64,000 nucleotides of DNA from Rhynchopus sp. YZ270_cl-10 (lineage: Eukaryota), in assembly GCA_964035575.1 (NCBI GenBank), contig OZ037845.1, forward strand, positions 1,116,001 to 1,180,000, written 5' to 3'. Under the pieces are notes generated by a model. That model was not told where the DNA came from and did not search any database. It worked only from the letters and a program-made list of their open reading frames with translations. Position 1 is the stretch's first letter, and each line of letters opens with the position of its first letter. This document shows, piece by piece, positions 26,034 through 36,730 of the stretch. Both the position numbers and the translations under genes were made by a program.

Positions 26034-28721
26034 ATGGGAGGTAAAACCGCTCCTGACAATGATGATGAGTCTTATGAAGAAGAGGAGGAGGAGGAAGAAG
26101 AGGAGGAGGAGGAGGAGGACGAGGAGGATGAAGAAAACGGAGACGGTACTGCGTCCCCACCGATGTGGGCGTTGCTTGGGGAGGTGCATCACGACCCTCT
26201 GGTGGGGCGGGTGTTGTGTCAATCATACAGGTCGAAGCTCATCATATTGATGTCTCTTGTCATATCTGGGGGAGGGTTTTTGTGTTTGACGACGTACCGG
26301 CCTTTGGTTCACATCTACACACATCACATCTCTCCGGCTCAGGAGTCTGATGCTGCTTTTGAACGCGCTGTAGAATCATCTCATATTCAACTGATTCACG
26401 CGAAGCTCCGCCAAAAACAGTCGCAATTCTGCTTTACATTTCTTGCAGAGGACTATCGAGAGTACGTCTCTTTGAAGGACACTGTGCTCGCATTTTTGTC
26501 GCATAAAAATCTGATGCATGCTGGGAAGGGTGAGCTTACAAAAGGGGAAATGCCGGATTCGCCGAAAAGCAGTGTGTACCTGGAAAAGGCATATGAGGAG
26601 TTTTCTGCGTGGGTGGAGACGGCGGATCGGCATATTGCATCTGCACGCAAGACGAGTACTAGCTCGGTGCAGATTGAAAACCAGAAAGAAAAGATCAGTG
26701 TTTTCTTGGCATCGGGGGAGTTTGAAGCGTTTACCGTGATGAACACTTTGACGCAGGAGATGCTTGAACGCTGCAACGCTTCTACAGAGAACGCTCTAAT
26801 GCAGGACCTAGACAGCATCTCGGCTGAGTCGTTTCACCTCCAAAGCATCTTCTACGATAGTGTAGCGCAGATCCCCATCACGGACCCGGTTGCTATTGCC
26901 GATATTGTTGCCAATCTGAATAAAAAGCGGTCTCTCATCATTGACCTGTGTGTTCGTATTCCAGTAGACTCTGTTGTACGGTTGTTCGGAAAGGGAGACT
27001 TTGCGACCCAAATTGCGTTGTTAATATCGAAGCTGGAGATTCTGGTTCACGTAGCAGGGGATGCAGAGAGGAAGGACGCACTGCTGTCGTCGCTGTGGGG
27101 GCAGGAGGAGTTGTATGACAATGCGCCCATCGCAGATATTGATCGTGCTACGGAATACAACTGGAATGTGTTCAAAACGTTTGCAGAGCGTCCGACAGAC
27201 CATGATAACAGTCTAAACAGAGACCCCTTTCTGTCCTTGCTTCTTGTGGGAGCTGCGGCAGTGCTCATCACAGTGACGTTTCCAAAGTACATTGGGATAG
27301 AGTCCAGCCACTATGCGGTGTGCTGTGGTGCCTTTCTGCTTGTAGCTTTGGTGACGTGTATTGTGCAGACGCACATCTTCCGTGAGACGTTGGAGAATCA
27401 GGACGACCTGCAAAGCCATGTGCAAGAGGAGTTCCACGTCCTTGAGCGCTTCAATTCAGAAGGCATCCATCTCCTGCGCTGCTGGACGCTGTTCGACAAA
27501 CACGTCGCCTTTGGGACCGAAGTCACCCGCATCGAATATGAAAACTGCTTTGAAAAGTTTGCACAGCGCACTTCAGGCAACACATCGCTTTCCGACCTCA
27601 AAACTACACTAAACTTGGAGGCCCTGGCAGAGGTGTCTCGCTTAAGACAACATGTCACTGTCAATGATTATGACATTTTGCGCTCCACAGAAGAGCTTCT
27701 TGAAAGTGTACAGAAGCAACGAGATGCACTGCGCGACACACAACACCGCTTCAAAGCGAATGTCTTTCACTTATTGAACGCTGCACACATGCCGCGTCTC
27801 GAGGAGAAATACGCAGAGGCGTACCCACACAACCCAACACCACACCTGCAGGCAGACCGCGGTGAGATCTTTGCAGGCATGCACAGACTTGCCTCACTTC
27901 GTTCGATGGTTCCTACACTGCTCTTTGCGAGGGGTCTGCTCTTCACGAAGGGTGTTGGGACGGAGGCACACGAGGCCATGAAAAGGGCAGTCATGAATGC
28001 CACCGTTCTGACACCACCTAACGTCGCAAACCCACTTCGCTACGTCTCAGAGTCGAATGTCCAGAACACTGCCCTACCAGGCAACCCTGCGATCTGGGAG
28101 CACGTCAGTGCAACCACCGGGAGGCAAGGGGAAACCACGATACGCCTCCTTCAACAACACCACCGCAGTTTGTCCGAACGGACTGCACTCCTCTTTGAAA
28201 AAGTGGCTAACGTAGGTGGCGGGTTGGGTAGTGTTGGTGGTGTAAACCTTTCCGAGACATTGCGTAGCTTTGCAGCGTCAGAACGCCTTCTCGCTGAACG
28301 CCAGGAAGAATGGTGGAAGGAGCTTTCTGAAATTGTCAAGAAAAGCGAACGACTTATGACCAGCACCCCCACCCTGCGCACAGTACAGGCAGCTCGCAAC
28401 AGCCTTGTACCACAGGAACTGGATTTGCAGAAATTACATGCATACATTATAGAGGTGAACCAACATATGCGTTTAAAACGAAAGTCCATCCTCAACCGTT
28501 TCAAGGACACTACGTGGGTTGCCTTTGTTAGCTTTATTGTTTCGACGTTGATATGGGTGTTCATTTACCATTGTGCCTTTTCAGACTATGTGCACTGCCT
28601 CCAAGCGCACATCTGTCCTGACTTTTCATTTGATTCATGTGGCATCCTCGTCGACGCAAGCAAACCCGAATGCGATCTAGAACTCAGCACAGACGATCGA
28701 AACCCTCTATTGAGACGATAA
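26034..28721 (+). CDS. Multi-pass membrane protein of unknown function with an acidic N-terminus
   Basis: Long ORF. Likely ATG at 26034 after the CACAG acceptor at ~26011. Poly-Glu tract and four hydrophobic segments separated by two long helical-looking regions. Confidence 0.8.
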   Translation: MGGKTAPDNDDESYEEEEEEEEEEEEEEDEEDEENGDGTASPPMWALLGEVHHDPLVGRVLCQSYRSKLIILMSLVISGGGFLCLTTYRPLVHIYTHHISPAQESDAAFERAVESSHIQLIHAKLRQKQSQFCFTFLAEDYREYVSLKDTVLAFLSHKNLMHAGKGELTKGEMPDSPKSSVYLEKAYEEFSAWVETADRHIASARKTSTSSVQIENQKEKISVFLASGEFEAFTVMNTLTQEMLERCNASTENALMQDLDSISAESFHLQSIFYDSVAQIPITDPVAIADIVANLNKKRSLIIDLCVRIPVDSVVRLFGKGDFATQIALLISKLEILVHVAGDAERKDALLSSLWGQEELYDNAPIADIDRATEYNWNVFKTFAERPTDHDNSLNRDPFLSLLLVGAAAVLITVTFPKYIGIESSHYAVCCGAFLLVALVTCIVQTHIFRETLENQDDLQSHVQEEFHVLERFNSEGIHLLRCWTLFDKHVAFGTEVTRIEYENCFEKFAQRTSGNTSLSDLKTTLNLEALAEVSRLRQHVTVNDYDILRSTEELLESVQKQRDALRDTQHRFKANVFHLLNAAHMPRLEEKYAEAYPHNPTPHLQADRGEIFAGMHRLASLRSMVPTLLFARGLLFTKGVGTEAHEAMKRAVMNATVLTPPNVANPLRYVSESNVQNTALPGNPAIWEHVSATTGRQGETTIRLLQQHHRSLSERTALLFEKVANVGGGLGSVGGVNLSETLRSFAASERLLAERQEEWWKELSEIVKKSERLMTSTPTLRTVQAARNSLVPQELDLQKLHAYIIEVNQHMRLKRKSILNRFKDTTWVAFVSFIVSTLIWVFIYHCAFSDYVHCLQAHICPDFSFDSCGILVDASKPECDLELSTDDRNPLLRR

Positions 28722-28792
28722 CCCCTAATCAACAGTGACCTTTCCATTCTGTGCGTAAATATTTTTTTTTTTTTAAAGGCGGCTCTAGTAAG

Positions 28793-29443
28793 CATGCTGT
28801 CCTCTAAATCCGGTTTGCGATTTGGGATTTTCTATAAGAAAATTTTATAAGAAAATTTTATTTTTGCAGGTGAAAAAATTTTCGTATGGATATGGGGCAG
28901 TGTCTTTTTGAAATGGGGGCGCCCGGGGGGGTCAAAAGAGTAATGGTAGAAACGTGCACCATGGTTGAACCACGGGAGTTCTCTGGGGAACTGGGTTGCT
29001 GACCGCACCATGAAAGCTGTACCCTAAATTTTTTTTGCCTGCGGCGCCATTTTCCCTTTTTTGCTCCGCAAAAAAGGGTTCGTTGAGTGACTCTGTGGTG
29101 TAAAAAGCTAGATTTTTACACCCCGCTCCAAATTTTTTTTCGCCTGCGGCGCCATTTTATATACAGTTCCCAATGTTCCCTGGTCAGCAGCGCTGGAAAT
29201 ATTATTGGGCAACAAAACAAGCTGACCCCCTTGAAATCTGGATTCCTGGATAAGACACTGGGGTGGGGGAAGAGAAAAATGTGACCACCCGCACTGCGGC
29301 CCTACAACAGCAAAAAGAATATCTCTCCAGTTGTGCGCGAAAAACTTTCGCGCGCAGCGCGAAAATTTTTTTTTCTATAAGAAAATTTTGCGATTTGAAA
29401 AACAGAAAATCCCTGATTTTTCCCCGATTTAAGGACATGCTTG
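28793..29443. mobile_element. hAT-like non-autonomous element
   Basis: 8-bp direct flank CTAGTAAG on both sides. Imperfect TIRs CATGCTGTCCTCTAAATC / GATTTAAGGACATGCTTG. Internal GCCTGCGGCG motifs are shared with the other hAT MITEs here. Confidence 0.75.
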
Positions 29444-30007
29444 CTAGTAAGTAACTTAAGTAGATGGGGTGGTGAGGTGGGGTGGGCAATTTTGCAGTAT
29501 CTTACACATAAAAAAAAAAAAAAACTGCAACAAAACTGAAGAAAAGACAAATAAAAAAAAAATGGAAAAAGGAGATGTGTGGATTCTCCCTTTTGTGGTT
29601 TACACTGCAAAAATAAAGCAATAAACGAGTTGGAAGGAGTTCATGCAGGCTAATATGGTATAAATGCAATGCACCCACCCCTCTCTTTTGATACTGATCC
29701 CTCATTACCCCCCATCCCACATAACCTTCAACCCTTTCAACAGGTGGGTGGGGAAAGGTACCAACACATTAGGTTGGATAAACCCAGAGCAGTTCAACAA
29801 TGGGGGCGGAGCCACTGGACTTGTTGGAGTATGTTTTTTTTTCATTTTTCAGCCTTTATTTTTCCTGTTGCAAACCAAGACTGGAGGAAGAATTCGGGTT
29901 GTCAAGAACCAGCCGGCCTTTTTTTCTCATATTTTTTTTCCACACCTACCTGCGCTAGGCTCTCTCTAGTAAACGAAACCTTGCCTCGGTACAAGAAGTG
30001 ACGGTCA

Positions 30008-31170
30008 TGACATCAAAGCTTTTTGGCGAAGCCACGGTGCGCAACATTTCAAAATTTGTGACTTAAAATCGCACATTTTTACAGCCCATCTATGGCCTGG
30101 GTAGGGGTAGAGAGCTGTGGGCTACCATTCGTACATTTTGGCTGCACAACAACAATTTCATAACCAACCCCCCTCACAGAAAGTCTCTCGGGAAGCAAGT
30201 GGAAGTGCAAATGCGTCACGAACGAGAATTGAAAGGTGTTTTGCTTGCTTATGACATACACGTGAACATGGTGCTGCAGGGGGTGCAGGAGGTATAGTGT
30301 TCTCCCCCTACCCCCTTTTTGAGGAGGGACCCTAACAGTTTGCTCCATTTCGCTGGCAGTTTGCCCCCATTTTCGTCTTTGTCTTTGCACTGGGCAAAAT
30401 AGTGACACAAAATTAGGGTACGGTTGCTGACGTACCTGTCCAAACTCATGAGAGCCCTTTGGGTTTCTTGTTAGGGTTGCCTACAGGCGGGCCGCGCTCA
30501 CGGTCGGACTCACTGGCCTTCCGCTTTCCAGCAGCACCGGTCTTGAGGTCCTCGCGCACCCACAGCGTCTTCGTTTCCCCCCAGTCCTTGTTCATAGGGA
30601 TCTTTGCCTGCAGAGGCTCCCCCTCGATGCCGTGGCGTACATACACCACATCCAGGTTACCATCGGATGTGCGATGGCTCTATCATCTCCGCGAACGCGC
30701 ACGTTTCCTCCACAAAACCCTGCCACTTCTCTTCCTCTATGTATAGTGCCGAAGTTCTCAGGGTTTCGGGTTTCTTTTTTGCGCTGGAACTCTGCGTTTA
30801 AGAACTGGAGGACTGTGTGGCGCTCTCTCAAGCTCTGTGCCAAATCCGACATGGCAGTGAAGCGGGTGTCCGACGTGAGGGGGATGGAGCTGGGACCTCC
30901 ATGTTAGCGACAGTTGTGTCGGATTCGCTGCGCGTCGCTGTCCAGAAGCTTCCTAAGCCATTTTTTTTTTACTGTTTTTATCATTTTGTTTTTTTAGACA
31001 TTTTTAAGGTACCTCCCCTCTCTCATGCCACCCGTTCACTCTCTCATATCCTCCACACCCAACAGACGTTCTACCCCGCCAACTCCTCAACACCTACAAC
31101 ACGAAGGCTGGACATGCTATACGTCCGAGGAGACGGTGTGCTTCTCGTAGTGCCCACAGCCGACGCATAA
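30008..31170 (+). CDS. LSM3: Sm-like protein, LSm3-like; multi-exon (approx. 30008-30037, 30085-30100 or -30116, 30180-30291, 31066-31170)
   Basis: Sm1 motif KSLGKQVEVQMRHERELKGVLLAYDIHVNMVLQGVQE and Sm2 motif RRLDMLYVRGDGVLLV are joined by a GT-AG intron (30292-31065). The 5' exon junction is ambiguous (alternative donor or a 1-nt homopolymer error). Confidence 0.75.
30446..30960 (-). pseudogene. Internally deleted, frameshifted hAT transposase fragment inside the LSm3 intron
   Basis: Minus-strand translation gives IPLTSDTRFTAMSDLAQSLRERHTVL (hAT TRW.S..ML motif), then in another frame YIEEEKWQGFVEETCAFAEMIEP (EEW...L...LEP motif), then LDVVYVRHG resembling the end of the hAT dimerisation domain. 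Confidence 0.6.
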
Positions 31171-31229
31171 CGCTGTAGTTGGAATTTTCCAACGGGGGGG
31201 TTCTGGGGAATGGGGGGGGGGGGGGGGTA

Positions 31230-32404
31230 GGTGGGGGCAAAACCTTCAGGACGGGTGAGGCATTTTGACTTTTTTGGACTTCCGCGCAAAGTACCCACAA
31301 ACCACCCCTCATACCCACCCAGAAATGGGTCAGAAACACCCTGTGACCCGAAAATCCATGCTAAGGGCGACTCAGAATATGAAAAAATGCAAAAAAATAG
31401 TGAAAAAGTGGCCTTTTGACGGTTTTGGCCATGTTGGGTAAAATGGCCATTTTTGGACAAAAAAATCAAAAAAACAGCAAAATTTCGACGTCATGACAGC
31501 TGCTTGGGCACAAACCTACCCCAGGGAGGTCCTGTGAGTCCATTCCGACCTGTTTTGGACACTTTAGGTACTTTTTTTGGCCGTTTTTTGGTGTTTTTAG
31601 GTCAAAAAATACCCTGGACTTTACCCTGGACGTCCCTGGGCCGCGACTTGCGCCCTGCTTTCAGACCCACTCTGGGCCAAAAAATGGGTGAAAACCCCCG
31701 AAAAAGCACTCCGGGAACCCAGATAGTTCCAAATATCCACTAGAAACCCACCCAAACACCTCAAAAACATGCCAGAAAAATATTTTCAAAAACACACTTT
31801 TTTCAAAAAGTTCATCTGGGCAGGTTCCATAATGACTTATTTGAAAAAGTGTGTTTTTAAAAATATTTTTCTGGCATGTTTTTGAGGTGTTTGGGTGGGT
31901 TTCTGGTGGATATTTGGAACTATCTGGGTTCCCGGAGTGCTTTTTCGGGGGTTTTCACCCATTTTTTGGCCCAGAGTGGGTCTGAAAGCAGGGCGCAAGT
32001 CCGGTCCGGGGATAGTCCGGGGATGTTTTTTGACCTAAAAACACCAAAAAACGGCCAAAAAAAGTACCTAAAGTGTCCAAAACAGGTCGGAATAGACTCA
32101 CAGGACCTCCCTGGGGTAGGTTTGTGCCCAAGCAGCTGTCATGACGTCGAAATTTTGCTGTTTTTTTGATTTTTTTGTCCAAAAATGGCCATTTTACCCA
32201 ACATGGCCAAAACCGTCAAAAGGCCACTTTTTCACTATTTTTTTGCATTTTTTCATATTCTGAGTCGCCCTTAGCATGGATTTTCGGGTCACAGGGTGTT
32301 TCTGACCCATTTCTGGGTGGGTATGAGGGGTGGTTTGTACGTACTTTGCGCGGAAGTCCAAAAAAGTCAAAATGCCTCAAAAAAATAGGGGTTTTGCCCC
32401 CACC
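31230..32404. mobile_element. Foldback DNA transposon: ~570 bp TIRs with a ~30 bp spacer, TA TSD
   Basis: TA|GGTGGGGGCAAAACC ... GGTTTTGCCCCCACC|TA. The two halves are near-perfect reverse complements. Confidence 0.9.
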
Positions 32405-32406
32405 TA

Positions 32407-33251
32407 GGCATACTGTGCGGGCGAGTAAAAAAAACTCGCCTACTCGCCAAAAACTCGCCTAAAACTCGCCTATTTTTGGGGGGCGAGTTTTGGCGAGTTT
32501 TTTTTTTTTGGTAGGGATTTTACCTTGGGAAAAGTGTACACACGAAAATATGAGGGAAATTTGAGTTTTGAAGAGAAAATTTTTTTCGTTCCACTTGAAC
32601 AAGACCTCTACAGTTTGCTTTGTAGGCTTCCACAACCAGTACCACCAGTCCAGCTGTAGCTTCTGCGGATCCATGAAGCTTGCACAGATGGGTGCGATGT
32701 AGTCGTGGGGGAGTACCGCCAAGGGGTGGCCTGCAGGGTTGCCATTTACCGGCATGGCGAGGACATTGTTGTATAGCGAGTGTAGCCCCGGCTCATGTCT
32801 TCGTCATCCTCCGGATTGTAGCACGTCTTGTCCCCCGGGATCTATGGCACGCCTGGATCTTCCCCTGGAGCAAATGTTTACATACATGCCTGTCAGCCAC
32901 TGCCGTGACATGGTTGCCTTTAGACGTACAAGTGACACAATTTCAATTTTTTTGTGTGTTTTCGAGTGGCATGTTGTCATCAGTCACCCCCGCCCTCCAT
33001 TTTCACATCCTGGTGCACATTTTCACCCCCAAGGTGCGTATGTGCACCAGGATTTGCACCCAAATTGGGGCGAGTTTAGGCGAGTTTAGGCGAGTTTTTG
33101 GCGAGTTTAGGCGAGTTTTGGCGAGTTTTTGGCGAGTTTTGGCGAGTAATAGGCGAGTAATGGGCGAGTAGGGCGAGTTTTTGGCGAGTTTTTCCTGAAA
33201 ATCAGGAAAACGAAAAACTCGCCTAAAAACGGCTCGCCTGCACAGTATGCC
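32407..33251. mobile_element. Non-autonomous TIR element with GGCGAGT subterminal repeats, TA TSD
   Basis: TA|GGCATACTGTGC.GGCGAG ... CTCGCC.GCACAGTATGCC|TA, with many GGCGAGT/ACTCGCC repeats near both ends. Confidence 0.85.
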
Positions 33252-33612
33252 TAGGGGGGGGGGGGGGGGGGGATTGGCAGGGCGCCATTATACGTTCCAA
33301 AGTCTGTTTCCTTTTAACACAAAATAGAAAGTGGTCATTCCACCGCTTTTTTTATGTGAGTAACTGTTCCCCCCCCCCTTCCCACATTTTATGATTTTCA
33401 AAAAAACCTGGAGATAATCTAAAGCTTTTGTACGACTGCACTAAAAAATGCGATGACGTAGACCTGGCATTGTTAAGGTGACTAAGCGCGAGCTTAGGTT
33501 CATCTCATCAACTTTTGTTTTATTACCCCATTTAGTAGTAGGTGGAAATTTTCCTTTTTAGAGAATCAACGAAGTACTCCCTTTTCAGGTATCACATAGC
33601 ACACAACATATC

Positions 33613-34248
33613 ATGTCGATCATGAGGCAGGTTCTGAGGCGTAGTGTGGTGGCGGCACCACAGTGGCAGCAGCAGGCGTGGACACGCAGGTGGGCGTCGA
33701 CGACGACCGACGCTGCGGAGAAGGCGGAGGAGCACCTCCCCGAGGAGACACACGAGGAGGGAACCACCGCTGAGGTCGACCCTAAGGACGCAAAGATCGC
33801 AGAGCTGTCGAAGCAGGTTGCATACTCGCTTGCAGAGGCCGAGAACGCACGCAAGATTGCGGTGCGTGATGTGGACACTGCACGCCAATACGCGCTTAAA
33901 TCCTTCGCAAAGGAGCTTCTCGAGGTTGTCGACAACCTGGACCGTGCGCTTGGTTCCGTCACCAAGGAAAAGCTTGAGGAGGACGCAAGCTTGGCCACTC
34001 TCCACAAGGGAGTCACCATGACCCAGGGCACCCTGACACGCATCCTCACGAAGAACGGTGTTACCAAGCAGGTCGTCAACAACGGAGACAAATTCGACCC
34101 CAACCTCCACGAGGCGCTCTTCAACATCCCCAACACAGCTGACTCCACACCCGGCACCGTCGGAAACGTCATCAAGAACGGATTCGACTACAAAGAGAGA
34201 GTTCTCCGTGCATCGCAGGTTGGAGTCTTCCAAGAGGACCAGGACTAA
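33613..34248 (+). CDS. grpE: Mitochondrial GrpE/Mge1 nucleotide-exchange factor
   Basis: Arg-rich presequence. AEAENARK...FAKELLEVVDNLDRAL, FDPNLHEAL and GFDYKERVLRASQVGV motifs. Confidence 0.95.
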   Translation: MSIMRQVLRRSVVAAPQWQQQAWTRRWASTTTDAAEKAEEHLPEETHEEGTTAEVDPKDAKIAELSKQVAYSLAEAENARKIAVRDVDTARQYALKSFAKELLEVVDNLDRALGSVTKEKLEEDASLATLHKGVTMTQGTLTRILTKNGVTKQVVNNGDKFDPNLHEALFNIPNTADSTPGTVGNVIKNGFDYKERVLRASQVGVFQEDQD

Positions 34249-35209
34249 GTTGGTTGAGGGATCTGTGTGAGTTTGGGGGGGAAGGGGGGGGCTCCGATTT
34301 CTCCTGTGTCATGTCCCCGTGAGCTGTAGGTAAAAGTTTTCCGGATTTATTGCCAAAAAAAAGGACCCTAACAAAAGAACCTAACCCAGAACAACCGCAA
34401 AAACACTGGATTTTTAAAATAAAGTTTGGAGAAAATGTGTTTCTTTTGTCTAAAAAAAAGGGGGGGGTGATTTTTATGCAGAGTATGAATCAGGAGAGAG
34501 GAGTAGGAATGAGTAACTAGCCTTTTGAACGAGTTTTTTTTTTTTTTTTTTTTGAGGAAAGATTGAGGGGTGTGCATAAACAAGCAGATTGTCCATAATT
34601 GTACAAGAGTTGGCACCCCAAATGAAGCTAAAGCAAGTATGTAAGGCTAAACAAAAAAGAGAGGAAAATATTTACATAAACGTTGACAAAAAAAGACAAA
34701 AAAACAAAATGGCATATCACCGCAAGTGTATCAGTTCGTTTGATAGTTTTAGTAAAGAAATACCGCTTTTTTTTTTTCCTCCCCACCCATCCCATTTATG
34801 ACAATAACATTGAAAACAAGTTTGAAAATTTGTTGAAACCGACACATGTTCATTTTTTTATATTTCTTTTTTGCTATGCAGGTGGCTCTGATGAGTCTGC
34901 GGCAGAAATCAAATGGTTGTTATGTTCTCTTGTTTCTGTTTAGTTCCGAGCTATAGGGGGGATCATGACTGGTTCACATTAATTGCTGTTCTTCACTCTT
35001 TGTGTCCAGAAGGAAGTAATAAATATGTAACAGTACTCACCCCACCAGCCCCACACGCACCCCAAAGTTCCCTTCCTCCCCTACTTTTTTACACTTTGCC
35101 AAGCTCTCTCCCACCTCCGCTTACCTCAGTACCCAAAAGCCCCTCGCACACCACACCACATTCCGACAGGAACTTTGCACACAACACAAACAAACAGCAC
35201 CCTTCGAAG

Positions 35210-36685
35210 ATGAAGATGCTCTCAATCACCGTGTCAGCACTGCTCGCGTCTGTCGCGTCTGCAGACGTGAACTGCTGCCTGCAGCACCCCACCTGCCCGC
35301 TTGGGTTTGTGGAGACGGCGACACCGTGCACACCAGAGGGACTGCAGAGCGGGACGTGCACGACAGCGTCTGCGTGCTGCACCACCATCACGTGCAGGCA
35401 GATTGTGCAGGGGTGTGACACGAACGCCGACTGCCCGAAAACACAGTTCTGCCGCGCCACTCGTGACACCTCCTCGCCCGACCTTTTTGCGTGCCTCACA
35501 ACAAAGGAGTGTGTTGACTACCAGCCTGAGGGTGCGGGCTGTGGCGGCTACACCCTGCCCTGCTTCTACAACAGGTGCGCTTCGGGACTCACCTGCCAGT
35601 GCTCGGAGCCGACGTGCGACGCACCCGGAACCTGTGTGAAGGAGACTGCCCCTCCGGCACCCACTGTTGTGAACGGGTGCGACACGAACGCCGACTGCCC
35701 GAAAACACAGTTCTGCCGCGCCACACGTGACACCTCCTCTCCCGACCGGTTCGCATGCCTCACAACAAAGGAGTGTGTTGACTACCAGCCTGAGGGTGCG
35801 GGTTGTGGCGGCTACACCCTGCCCTGCTTCTACAACAGGTGTGCTTCGGGACTCACCTGCCAGTGTTCGGAGCCAACGTGCGACGCACCCGGAACCTGTG
35901 TGAAGGAGACTGCCCCTCCGGCACCCACTGTTGTGAACGGCTGCGACACGAACGCCGACTGCCCGAAAACACAGTTCTGCCGCGCCACACGTGACACCTC
36001 CTCTCCCGACCAGTTCGCATGCCTCACAACAAAGGAGTGTGTTGACTACCAGCCTGAGGGTGCGGGCTGTGGCGGCTACACTCTGCCCTGCTTCTACAAC
36101 AGGTGTGCTTCGGGACTCACCTGCCAGTGCTCGGAGCCGACGTGCGACGCACCTGGAACCTGTGTGAAGGAGACCCCCCCGACCCCGCCGACCCCCTCCT
36201 TCTGCTCCGCACAGGGCCCCACCTGTGGCACAGGCTTTGACGCCTGCAAGCCTGGCTACACCTGCACCGTTGACCCTACCTGCCAGGGCCCAAGGTGCCA
36301 GAAGTGCTGTGTGCGTGACGAGGAGCCCTGCTGCCCCGCCCCGCTTTCCTGCCCTGCCGGCTACGGCGCTGTTGAGGGCACAGACGCACTCATCTGCAGG
36401 ATCGACATGCTGCTGGCACTGCTCACGGGAAGCACCAGCGCCTGTGTGGAGGTGACTGACCAGAAGCAGGATGGCTGCTGCGAGGACGTGATCTGCAGGA
36501 AGCAGGCCATGTGCGGAGACAAGGCGTCGTGCACAGCCTCCACCGGCTGCACTGCGCGTGACCACGTGTGCGTTGCGGGATCTGACGGCGCCAGCTGCTG
36601 TGTGTTCAACCAGTGTGTGCTCATGGACTGCGGTGTCCAGAAGCGCTGCATGCTGGACAGCGAGGGCCGTGGACAGTGCATCTGA
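35210..36685 (+). CDS. Secreted cysteine-rich protein with three tandem 88-aa repeats
   Basis: ATG 35210 gives a signal peptide (MKMLSITVSALLASVASA). Three near-identical 264-bp units GCDTNADC...GCGGYTLPC..RCASGLTC...CDAPGTC. Confidence 0.85.
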   Translation: MKMLSITVSALLASVASADVNCCLQHPTCPLGFVETATPCTPEGLQSGTCTTASACCTTITCRQIVQGCDTNADCPKTQFCRATRDTSSPDLFACLTTKECVDYQPEGAGCGGYTLPCFYNRCASGLTCQCSEPTCDAPGTCVKETAPPAPTVVNGCDTNADCPKTQFCRATRDTSSPDRFACLTTKECVDYQPEGAGCGGYTLPCFYNRCASGLTCQCSEPTCDAPGTCVKETAPPAPTVVNGCDTNADCPKTQFCRATRDTSSPDQFACLTTKECVDYQPEGAGCGGYTLPCFYNRCASGLTCQCSEPTCDAPGTCVKETPPTPPTPSFCSAQGPTCGTGFDACKPGYTCTVDPTCQGPRCQKCCVRDEEPCCPAPLSCPAGYGAVEGTDALICRIDMLLALLTGSTSACVEVTDQKQDGCCEDVICRKQAMCGDKASCTASTGCTARDHVCVAGSDGASCCVFNQCVLMDCGVQKRCMLDSEGRGQCI

Positions 36686-36730
36686 GTGTGGCTGTGGCTG
36701 TGACTGTGACTGTGACTGTGACTGTGACAG
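36686..36730. repeat. (TGTGAC/TGTGGC)n hexamer microsatellite directly after the stop codon
   Basis: Read directly from the sequence. Confidence 0.8.
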
